From: an uncultured Nitrospiraceae bacterium
GTDB lineage: Bacteria > Nitrospirota > UBA9217
Length of the DNA stretch: 52,649 bases
Direction of reading: 5' to 3'
NCBI GenBank assembly: GCA_964646375.1
Contig: CAZYEF010000001.1
Location: forward strand, 1-52,649
A model generated the notes under the pieces. The model ran no database searches, had not been told where the DNA came from, and saw nothing but the letters and a program-made list of their open reading frames with translations. Shown here piece after piece: positions 27,157 to 35,346 of this stretch. The translations under genes were made by a program, and so were the position numbers. How positions within the stretch are numbered: the first letter of the stretch is position 1; every line of letters begins with the position of its first letter.

Positions 27157-28341
27157 ATGTACGAAGCTTTTTTTAATTTGAAAAAGAAGCCATTTGACCT
27201 GGTTCCGAATCCGGATTTCCTTTTCCAGAGCCGCTCCCATAGACGCGCCATCGTTCATTTGGATTATGGGATCCATGAAAGGGTTGGTTTCATCCTGCTG
27301 ACCGGAGAAGTTGGCTCCGGTAAGACAACCATCATCAGGGATCTGATAAAAAAACAGCCGGAAGGCGTACTCCTTTCCAAAGTTTTCAATACCTGCGTCA
27401 CATTTGAACAATTTCTGACAATGGTTAACGATGATTTCGGACTTCCTGTTCGTGACAAGGACAGAACATCGTTGCTTCGAGATTTGAATGATTTTCTGAT
27501 AGAGCAGTATTCCCTGGGAAACAAGCCGACGCTTATCATTGATGAAGCCCAAAACCTGACAGTTGAATTACTGGAAGACATCAGAATGCTTTCAAACCTT
27601 GAGGCGGACGATTCCAAGCTCCTGCAGATTATCATGGTGGGACAGCCGGAACTGAGGAAGACACTGGCATCGCCGGCCCTGCTCCAACTCCGTCAGCGTA
27701 TAAGCATTAATTGTCATCTGGCTCCATTGAACAGCACGGAGGTCGAAGAGTATATCCTTCACCGTCTTGAAGTTGCGGGAAACCGGCAGGCGGTTACTTT
27801 TTCCCCGGATTCGATCGAAATTATCTATCGCTACAGCAGAGGCATCCCCAGACTGATAAATATAATATGTGATTTCCTTATGCTGTCGGCATTTGCGGAA
27901 GAAACAACCAAAATTGACGAGGAGATGGTTCGGGACGTCATTGGGGATCTGGATTTTGAAAATCAGTTCTGGGAGAGCGGATTGCCGACGCAGGAATCGC
28001 CTCCTGAAAAGTCGAATACCTTAACCCAACATGCCGACGTCCTTATTCTGGAGATGCTGCAGGGCATTGCGGAACGTCTCAATATGCTGGAAAAGGACTC
28101 TCTGGATTTCAGAAAGAATTTTGTCAGGGCTCTTGTTGAAAAGAATTTTGCCATTGATAATACGAGCCGTGGCCATTTGAGAGAAACCGGGCCCCTGTCA
28201 GAGTTAAAAACGTTGATGGGAGCGAAGGATGTGGAGCATGGCGCTGATCACGATGAAAATGCGAATGGTCATTCCCATTCAATGAATGGACAGCAAATTC
28301 TTCTTGATGCCCTAAAAGAAAAAAAGCTGAAAACAATATGA
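27157..28341 (+). CDS. PEP-CTERM/XrtA-system associated AAA ATPase (ExeA/GspA-like)
   Basis: Walker A LTGEVGSGKTT and Walker B LIIDEAQNL. The N-terminus MYEAFFNLKKKPF resembles this family as I recall it. The ATG at 27157 has an AGGGGTGAG SD 8 nt upstream. Confidence 0.85.
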   Translation: MYEAFFNLKKKPFDLVPNPDFLFQSRSHRRAIVHLDYGIHERVGFILLTGEVGSGKTTIIRDLIKKQPEGVLLSKVFNTCVTFEQFLTMVNDDFGLPVRDKDRTSLLRDLNDFLIEQYSLGNKPTLIIDEAQNLTVELLEDIRMLSNLEADDSKLLQIIMVGQPELRKTLASPALLQLRQRISINCHLAPLNSTEVEEYILHRLEVAGNRQAVTFSPDSIEIIYRYSRGIPRLINIICDFLMLSAFAEETTKIDEEMVRDVIGDLDFENQFWESGLPTQESPPEKSNTLTQHADVLILEMLQGIAERLNMLEKDSLDFRKNFVRALVEKNFAIDNTSRGHLRETGPLSELKTLMGAKDVEHGADHDENANGHSHSMNGQQILLDALKEKKLKTI

Positions 28342-28409
28342 GGTGTTCTTTTGGCGCCGGTTTGCAGATTGGGTGTCGCAACAAAAATTTGAATAATCCG
28401 AGGTAACAG

Positions 28410-29654
28410 GTGAAAAAGTATAAAGTGCTCTTGTCATGTTCAAGGATTGCGATATTTTTGGCGGCGCTGCTTTTGCTTTTACCTTTGCCGGCTTCCGCCA
28501 CTTTCCTGATTCACCCTTCTCTGGCGGTAAGTGAGGAGTATATAGACAATATTTTTGAGACAAAAAATAACAAGAAGGACGATTTTGTTACACGCCTGAT
28601 GCCGGGAATCGCACTGGAGTACAATGCGCCCATATGGGATTGGAATTTGAGCTATTTTTTTGATTTTCGTAACTATGCCAAAAACAATCGCGACAATGAA
28701 TATACTCATAATCTGAATGTGCATGGTTTGACAAGGGTTATCAGAGACGTTTTTTTCTGGGATGTCACTGAAAACTATAGCAGGGTCTCACTGAACGTTG
28801 CCCGCGATACCACTCGGGATAGTTTGTATGCAAACCAATCAGACAGTAACACCTTTACTACGTCCCCATACTTTAATTTCACTCTGGGCTCAAAGACGAC
28901 TTTAAGGACAGGTTACCGTTATGTGAATGTCTGGTACAAGGAGGCGGAAGGTATTGACCGACGTGACCATATGGGGTTTGCGGACTTGACCTACGCGTAT
29001 TCTCCAAGATTGAACTTCACCGCCAGTTACCTCTATACGCTTGAGAATTCAAGGGCTCCCTATAATCGTCATAATTCTTACGTTGGTTTCAGATATGAAT
29101 ACAAAGAACGATCATTCATATTCGGGCAGGGGGGCTATACCTGGTTCAGCAGTCGGGGACACGGTTCTTTAAACAGTCCCTTCTGGAATGCTGGTCTTAC
29201 TCATGTGCTGGGCACCTATACGTTTTCACTAAACACCGGTGTTCAGTATCCCGTTGACCCTCTAAGTGGCGTTACCAAGGAGACGGACTACGGCTTGAGT
29301 GTAATAAAAGAAATAAACAGGGGAAGTGTGGAACTGGCACTTTCCTATGCGAAGTATTCCGGGGACAACGTCGATGTCGATACTGATTCCAGGTACGGGG
29401 CTGGCATGACTGTAAGATATGCTCTCGGCGCCAGGTTGCAGGGTATGCTTATGGCAGGTGTGGAAAGGTACAATCACAGGACCACGAATACCTATACCAG
29501 GAGGATATCGGTTAACCCGTCGCTCAGTTATCCCCTCCCCTATGACATAACACTATCCCTGAACTATATGTTCATAGATTATTATTCTCCTCTGCTGGCA
29601 GACGACAACTTCACTGTCAATAGGGTGATTCTTGAGGCAAGAAAGAGTTTCTGA
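28410..29654 (+). CDS. Outer-membrane beta-barrel protein, PEP-CTERM-locus associated
   Basis: GTG start with a GAGGTAA SD. Signal peptide ...LLLLPLPASA|TF. Y/N/S/T-rich alternating beta-strand pattern. C-terminal ...ILEARKSF with a terminal aromatic residue typical of BAM substrates. Confidence 0.7.
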   Translation: MKKYKVLLSCSRIAIFLAALLLLLPLPASATFLIHPSLAVSEEYIDNIFETKNNKKDDFVTRLMPGIALEYNAPIWDWNLSYFFDFRNYAKNNRDNEYTHNLNVHGLTRVIRDVFFWDVTENYSRVSLNVARDTTRDSLYANQSDSNTFTTSPYFNFTLGSKTTLRTGYRYVNVWYKEAEGIDRRDHMGFADLTYAYSPRLNFTASYLYTLENSRAPYNRHNSYVGFRYEYKERSFIFGQGGYTWFSSRGHGSLNSPFWNAGLTHVLGTYTFSLNTGVQYPVDPLSGVTKETDYGLSVIKEINRGSVELALSYAKYSGDNVDVDTDSRYGAGMTVRYALGARLQGMLMAGVERYNHRTTNTYTRRISVNPSLSYPLPYDITLSLNYMFIDYYSPLLADDNFTVNRVILEARKSF

Positions 29655-29732
29655 TGCCCTTTGACGATGGAGAAATCACATCATCAGGCGTTTGCTCGAC
29701 TATCCTGAATTCATGTTTTCAGTTCAACTGAC

Positions 29733-30641
29733 ATGCTGAATATTCTTACTGTTGATGTCGAAGATTATTTCCATGTTTCTGCTTTCGAGGCGTGCATATC
29801 TCCGACGCAATGGGATAGCATGCAGTTGAGAGTGGTTGATAACACTTTTTTACTTCTTGATCTCCTGGACGAGAATGATGTCAGAGCCACTTTTTTCATT
29901 CTTGGCTGGGTTGCGGAGAAAAAGCCCGGACTGGTAAGGGAAATAGCCCGGAGAGGTCATGAGGTTGCCAGTCATGGCTATGGTCATCGCCGGGTCTGCA
30001 CGTTGACACGTCAGGAATTCCGGGATGACATACGCAGAACCAAGGTCCTGTTGGAAGATATCATAGGTGAAAAAATCCTTGGATATCGAGCCCCGAGTTA
30101 CTCCATATCGAGAGATTGTTTTTGGGCTTTTGATGAGCTTTACGATGCGGGCTTTCAGTATGATTCAAGTGTTTTTCCCATCAGGCATGACCTGTATGGT
30201 ATTCCGGATTGGCCATGTTATCCCTTTGTAATAACGAAGGAAAATAACGACCAATGGAATCCGTCAACGTTTTTTCCATCTTTGTCGCCTCCCCTCCTCG
30301 GCGATAATTCCGACCCAGACAACCGCCGAAGACTCCTTGAAGTTCCAATTACAACCCTAACAATTGCAGGTAGGCGAATTCCCATAGCCGGTGGTGGTTA
30401 CTTCAGGTTTTTCCCATATCGGTTTACCAGATGGGGGCTTGAAATAATTAATAATACTGACGATTCACCATTTGTTTTCTATATTCACCCGTGGGAAGTT
30501 GATCCCCATCAGCCTCGAATAAGCGGCGCAGGGCTGAAAAGCCGTTTTCGTCACTATCTCAATCTAAGCAGAACCGAAAAGAGATTAAGATATTTGCTCA
30601 GGGATTTTAACTTTTCAACAATAAGAGATGTCATTGCTTGA
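29733..30641 (+). CDS. Polysaccharide deacetylase family protein (PEP-CTERM-locus subfamily, NodB-like)
   Basis: LNILTVDVEDYFHV N-terminus, TFFILGWVAEK, EVASHGYGH and GYRAPSYS blocks. Confidence 0.85.
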   Translation: MLNILTVDVEDYFHVSAFEACISPTQWDSMQLRVVDNTFLLLDLLDENDVRATFFILGWVAEKKPGLVREIARRGHEVASHGYGHRRVCTLTRQEFRDDIRRTKVLLEDIIGEKILGYRAPSYSISRDCFWAFDELYDAGFQYDSSVFPIRHDLYGIPDWPCYPFVITKENNDQWNPSTFFPSLSPPLLGDNSDPDNRRRLLEVPITTLTIAGRRIPIAGGGYFRFFPYRFTRWGLEIINNTDDSPFVFYIHPWEVDPHQPRISGAGLKSRFRHYLNLSRTEKRLRYLLRDFNFSTIRDVIA

Positions 30642-30782
30642 TTATCCAAGTCCTGGTTATTTCTTGCGAACGAAAAAAACATAAACGATATTGCAATATG
30701 AAGTGCTGTATGGCGCAAGTATTGACGGGTTGATAACTCAGTGAGGTGAGTTTGTTGCAATTGGTGGCAACATGCTCAAGTT

Positions 30783-31670
30783 ATGACAATAGTATGGAAA
30801 GAGACGAGATTGGAACACTCAACTCAAAATAATTCATCCCTGATAGAAAATACCACTCTGCAGTATTTCCTCTTTGTGGTCCTTTTGGGTGTTATTTTCT
30901 TAACCTTTTTCCCGGTATTAAGGGGCCTTGTCCTGGCCTGGTCTTCATCCGAGGACAATTCCCACGGTTTTCTTGTCATCCCGCTTGCTCTTTACGTGCT
31001 TTGGCTGAAAAGGGAAAACCTTAAAGATATTAAGCCTATGGGCTGTTCAACAGGTTTGTTTGTAATTGTAATTTCACTGCTGTTGTATATTTTCTCTCTG
31101 GCTGGGGGGATTCGCACCCTGGCATCTCTTTCATTTGTTATCTTCTTGAATGGAGCGGTACTCTATCTTCTCGGAGGTGGTTATTTAAGGATAACCCAGT
31201 TTTCACTTCTGCTTCTGCTGTTTATGATACCTATCCCGGCTCAACTAATTGCATCAGTTACAATTCCCCTGCAACTACTGGTGTCTAAGGCCGCTGTGGC
31301 AATCTCGACACTGATCGGAATACCTCTCTACAGGGAGGGCAACGTTATTTATCACAGCAGGCGAGCTTTTGAGGTGGTTCAGGCTTGCAGTGGACTCCGC
31401 TCCATTTCGGCACTTCTCATGCTTGGCGCAGTTTTTGGGTATTTTTTTCTCAGATCGAACCTTTTGAGAGCCGTTCTTCTGCTTTTCAGCGTTCCCATTG
31501 CAATTGGTGTCAATATTCTGAGGGTCGTTATCTTAATAGCCTCGTTTCACTATTTCGAGGTTGACCTCACCGATGGAGTTTCGCATTCAATTTTTGGTTT
31601 GGTTCTTTTTGCTTTCTCTTTGCTTTTTTTTGTATTGGTGCGGGCTGGATTGTCAAAATGGGAACACTGA
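30783..31670 (+). CDS. xrtA: Exosortase (EpsH family; locus context indicates XrtA type)
   Basis: Polytopic membrane protein with exosortase blocks: DNSHGFLVIPLALYVLW, the catalytic Cys block QACSGLRS, the Arg block GVNILRVVILIA and a downstream His (VSHSIFG). The subtype is inferred from neighbouring genes only. Confidence 0.85.
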   Translation: MTIVWKETRLEHSTQNNSSLIENTTLQYFLFVVLLGVIFLTFFPVLRGLVLAWSSSEDNSHGFLVIPLALYVLWLKRENLKDIKPMGCSTGLFVIVISLLLYIFSLAGGIRTLASLSFVIFLNGAVLYLLGGGYLRITQFSLLLLLFMIPIPAQLIASVTIPLQLLVSKAAVAISTLIGIPLYREGNVIYHSRRAFEVVQACSGLRSISALLMLGAVFGYFFLRSNLLRAVLLLFSVPIAIGVNILRVVILIASFHYFEVDLTDGVSHSIFGLVLFAFSLLFFVLVRAGLSKWEH

Positions 31671-32329
31671 ACTCAGGAAGAATAATTCTACTTATTGCTC
31701 TGCTTCTGGTCACGGCGTTTGTCGTTTACGTCCCTTTATCGGATGACAGGCCACTGAAGGTGAAGACTCCTTTGCGGGAAGCTTTTGCAGATATCAAAGG
31801 TTGGAATGCCACCGGCAATGCATTGCTTGACGAAAATGTAGAACGTGCTCTTGAGCTGGATGATTATCTTTTCAGCGGATACGAACGCGGGGACAAGATC
31901 GTCAGTCTGTATATTGGCTATTATCGTTCAGCGGCAAAAATTGGAGCTGCCCATGACCCGTTGGTATGTTTCAGCGGCCAGGGATGGCGTACGGGAGGGC
32001 ATGTTCGAGGAAAATACGCATTGAGGGCATTGCCCGGTCTTCAAATTGCATATTCCTCCATGCTAGCCGAAAACGCAGGAGAGAGGGCGCTGATCCTATA
32101 CTGGTTCCAGACAAACGGCAGAACCTCATCCAACAGTTTTTCACAGAAAATTGATATGATCTCTGATCGTATATTTAAGCGCGGTGAGGATAATGCTTTT
32201 GTACGGATAACGACTCCCCTCGGCAATGAAGTTCCTGAAGTGGCCAGGAAGAGAATATTTGATTTCATCGATACATTCTACCCTGCGTTTCACTCATACA
32301 TGACCCGAAGCAACATCAATACGCTATGA
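31658..32329 (+). CDS. epsI: EpsI-family exosortase-associated protein
   Basis: Single N-terminal TM anchor (IILLIALLLVTAFVVYV) plus a ~190-aa soluble domain. Overlaps the exosortase stop by 13 nt, and its own stop overlaps the next ATG (ATGA). The position is diagnostic for EpsI. Confidence 0.75.
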   Translation: MGTLNSGRIILLIALLLVTAFVVYVPLSDDRPLKVKTPLREAFADIKGWNATGNALLDENVERALELDDYLFSGYERGDKIVSLYIGYYRSAAKIGAAHDPLVCFSGQGWRTGGHVRGKYALRALPGLQIAYSSMLAENAGERALILYWFQTNGRTSSNSFSQKIDMISDRIFKRGEDNAFVRITTPLGNEVPEVARKRIFDFIDTFYPAFHSYMTRSNINTL

Positions 32330-33525
32330 AATTTTGGGTGTTATGGCTTCTTCTGCTCTTAGGATACCGCAGGCATTTACTTATGATTGAGACTGTATTT
32401 ACCGTATCCATATTCCTGCTCCTGTACGTCTATGCCGGCTATCCATTTCTTGTCGTCCTGTTAGGTCGCATCATGAGCCGGCCCGTTCACAAGGGGGGCT
32501 GTGATCCGGCTGTGACTGTGGTAATTGCTGCATACAATGAAGAAACGTCAATAGCAGCTACCGTTGAGAACAAACTTTCGCTTGAATACCCTCCGGATAA
32601 ATTGGAGGTACTTGTCGTTTCCGATGCTTCGACAGACCGAACCGATGACATTGTCAGCAGGTTAGCAGATCGTGGTGTAAGACTGCTCCGTCAGGAGCCG
32701 CGCGCAGGCAAAACGAGCGCCCTTAACATGGCCATTCCCATGGCAAAAGGCGAAATCATTGTTTTTTCCGACGCCAACTCCATTTATGCCCCGGATGCCC
32801 TGAGGAAACTGGTAACAAACTTTGCCGACCCCGGGGTTGGGTATGTGACCGGAAAAATGATCTATGCCAATCCTGACGGCACAACCATTGGCGACGGATG
32901 CAGTGCATACATGAAGTATGAGAACCGGCTCAGGGAGGCTGAAACTCGACTTGGTTCGGTAATCGGAGTTGATGGCGGCATTGATGCCATGCGGAGGAAA
33001 CTCTACCTGCCCATGAATTCAGACCAACTTCCCGATTTTGTACAGCCTCTCAAGGTTGTTGAGCAGGGTTTCAGGGTGGTCTATGAACCGGAAGCGCTCC
33101 TTTGGGAACAAACACTGAAAGCAACAGACGATGAGTACCGAATGCGGGTCAGGGTATCACTTCGTGCTTTCTGGGCATTGCATGATATGAGGAAGCTCCT
33201 GAACCCATGGCGCTATCCCGTTTTTGCCTGGCAGCTCTGGTCGCACAAGCTGCTTCGGTATATGTGTTTTGTTTTTCTCGCTACGTCTTATGTGAGCAAC
33301 ATGCTTTTGCTGTGTAAGGGCTTGCTCTTTCAGGTGATTTTTGTGTTGCAGAGCCTTGGCTATATCATTGCGTTAACAGCGCCTATCCTGGAATGTGTTG
33401 GTATCAAATCCCGCGCAATAACCTTTGCACGTTATTTCCTGTTGCTCAATATTGCCGCAGCGCATGCTTTTTCGAAGTTTATTATTGGAAAAAAACAAGT
33501 TATTTGGACACCACGCAAAGGATAA
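32326..33525 (+). CDS. Membrane-embedded family 2 glycosyltransferase (synthase-like GT2)
   Basis: N-terminal TMs, then VTVVIAAYNEETSIAATVEN...VLVVSDASTDRTD and a FSDAN (DxD-like) motif. C-terminal TM bundle (FAWQLWSHKLLRYMCFVFLATSYV..., FQVIFVLQSLGYIIALTAPIL, FLLLNIAAAHAF). Confidence 0.85.
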   Translation: MKFWVLWLLLLLGYRRHLLMIETVFTVSIFLLLYVYAGYPFLVVLLGRIMSRPVHKGGCDPAVTVVIAAYNEETSIAATVENKLSLEYPPDKLEVLVVSDASTDRTDDIVSRLADRGVRLLRQEPRAGKTSALNMAIPMAKGEIIVFSDANSIYAPDALRKLVTNFADPGVGYVTGKMIYANPDGTTIGDGCSAYMKYENRLREAETRLGSVIGVDGGIDAMRRKLYLPMNSDQLPDFVQPLKVVEQGFRVVYEPEALLWEQTLKATDDEYRMRVRVSLRAFWALHDMRKLLNPWRYPVFAWQLWSHKLLRYMCFVFLATSYVSNMLLLCKGLLFQVIFVLQSLGYIIALTAPILECVGIKSRAITFARYFLLLNIAAAHAFSKFIIGKKQVIWTPRKG

Positions 33526-33613
33526 CATTTTATCTTAAGGCTGTATCTACGATGGTGTCCAGTAATTTTCGATACTAATGGCTTACTCCATAATTATATT
33601 GAGGTTGTAATAG

Positions 33614-35194
33614 ATGGACAAACAGAAGGATCTTAAACAAACATTTAAACATGCAGCTATTTATAGTTGTGCAAATATTCTGGCTAAGCTTGTTGGCTTT
33701 GTAATGTTACCAGTATACAGCCATTATCTGCACGGTAAAGGCTATGGCATTATAGGCATGATAGATGTTTTTATTTCAGTACTGTCAGTATTTATTGGCT
33801 ATGGTGTTTCTAGCTCAATGCGTGTGATGTTTTTTCAGAAAAAAACACTTGAAGATAAAAATTCATTCGTTTCAACAGCGCTAATAACCATGATGGTTAT
33901 AGTTGGTCTTGTGGTTTCTCCAGCTCTTCTTTTTAACGAGGCTATAGGCAATTGGGTCCTGGGTTTTGACAATGCCGGGTATATGATTGTTCTGGCTGCA
34001 TCAGCCTTCGCAATTGACATCGCTGGGCGTAATGCTGAAACATATATATTGATATTACAGCGTCCATTATTTTTTTCATCCGTTTCATTGGCAAGACTGG
34101 TTATTGGTTTGTCCCTAAATATTTATCTTATCGTATATTGTACGATGGGTGTTTATGGATATCTATACAGCACTTTAGTTACTGCAATAATATATAGTTT
34201 AGTAATGCATCTGTATGTAATCAGGGAAGTTGGGATATCCTTCAATAAGGGTTTTGCTGCGGAAATATTAAGGTTTGCGCTTCCTCTTATACCAGGTTAT
34301 GTATTCATGGCTTTGCGTGACAATGCTGACAGAGTGATAATTAGAAAAAATCTTGGTTTTACGCAGTTAGGGGCATATGAAATGCTGTTTAAGTTCCTGT
34401 CCTTACTGCCCCTATTTATTACTGATCCGATTATGAAAATTTGGGGAGTAAAACGGTTTGAGATTGCCAGTAAGGATGATGACCTCGATTTAGTTGCGCA
34501 GGTATGTAGTTTGCATCTTTTCATAATGCTGTTTGCTGGCCTTGTATTAACAAATGAAATACCTGTATTTTTGAAGATATTGACACCCAACGAGTTCTGG
34601 GTAAGTGGAAATTTGGTTATTGTAGGTGTTGTAGCTAGAACCATTGCAGATTTGAAAGAACATTTTGCCTATGGTTTGTACCAGGCAAAAGCAACACATA
34701 AAGTTTCGATTGTAATATTTTGGACAAGCATAATAAGTATCGTGAGTCATTTGTCCTGCATCACACTTTTTGGCTTTGCTGGAGCCCTGTTTGGAGTCTG
34801 TATTGTAAATATCTTTTCCTGCGCTCTGTATCATATCTATTCATTAAAGTATGTCAGAGTACCGTTTGAGTGGTACAAAATGATGTTATTAGTTGTTCTG
34901 TTTGCTGGATGTTATATAGGCATAAATGGAGTATTTCTTGTAGTTGCACCACATATTAAAACAGGCGAAACACAGATTAGTCATCTTTTGACAATTTACT
35001 TGAATAGTCATGAAATGATATTTGGTATCATGGCTACAATTATCAATCGGATTTCTTCAAATGTCGGTTTGATCTTAGAGGGAACAATTAAGCTCATAGC
35101 GTCTCTGATTTTTCCGCTGATAGTAATAGCTTTCAAAATATTTCCGATAAGAATCACAAAAGGATTTCGGATAGCGCTTGATAATACAGTTTAA
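33614..35194 (+). CDS. Second Wzx/MOP-type polysaccharide flippase
   Basis: 526 aa and hydrophobic throughout (about 14 TM segments). N-terminal KHAAIYSCANILAKLVGFVMLPVYSHYL is typical of polysaccharide biosynthesis (MOP) proteins. First gene of the AT-rich cassette. Confidence 0.65.
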   Translation: MDKQKDLKQTFKHAAIYSCANILAKLVGFVMLPVYSHYLHGKGYGIIGMIDVFISVLSVFIGYGVSSSMRVMFFQKKTLEDKNSFVSTALITMMVIVGLVVSPALLFNEAIGNWVLGFDNAGYMIVLAASAFAIDIAGRNAETYILILQRPLFFSSVSLARLVIGLSLNIYLIVYCTMGVYGYLYSTLVTAIIYSLVMHLYVIREVGISFNKGFAAEILRFALPLIPGYVFMALRDNADRVIIRKNLGFTQLGAYEMLFKFLSLLPLFITDPIMKIWGVKRFEIASKDDDLDLVAQVCSLHLFIMLFAGLVLTNEIPVFLKILTPNEFWVSGNLVIVGVVARTIADLKEHFAYGLYQAKATHKVSIVIFWTSIISIVSHLSCITLFGFAGALFGVCIVNIFSCALYHIYSLKYVRVPFEWYKMMLLVVLFAGCYIGINGVFLVVAPHIKTGETQISHLLTIYLNSHEMIFGIMATIINRISSNVGLILEGTIKLIASLIFPLIVIAFKIFPIRITKGFRIALDNTV

Positions 35195-35346
35195 ACAGCT
35201 TCCTGAGAGATATGCAGATTGTAAAAATACAGAGTGTCTGAGAATCTTTGTTTGCAACAAGCATTTTCTGTAAGTCATGTTTTACCATATATTTTGAGCT
35301 GTTAGAGGGTTGCTACAAAAGTCTGACTATTGTGTGAGGTAAAGTT

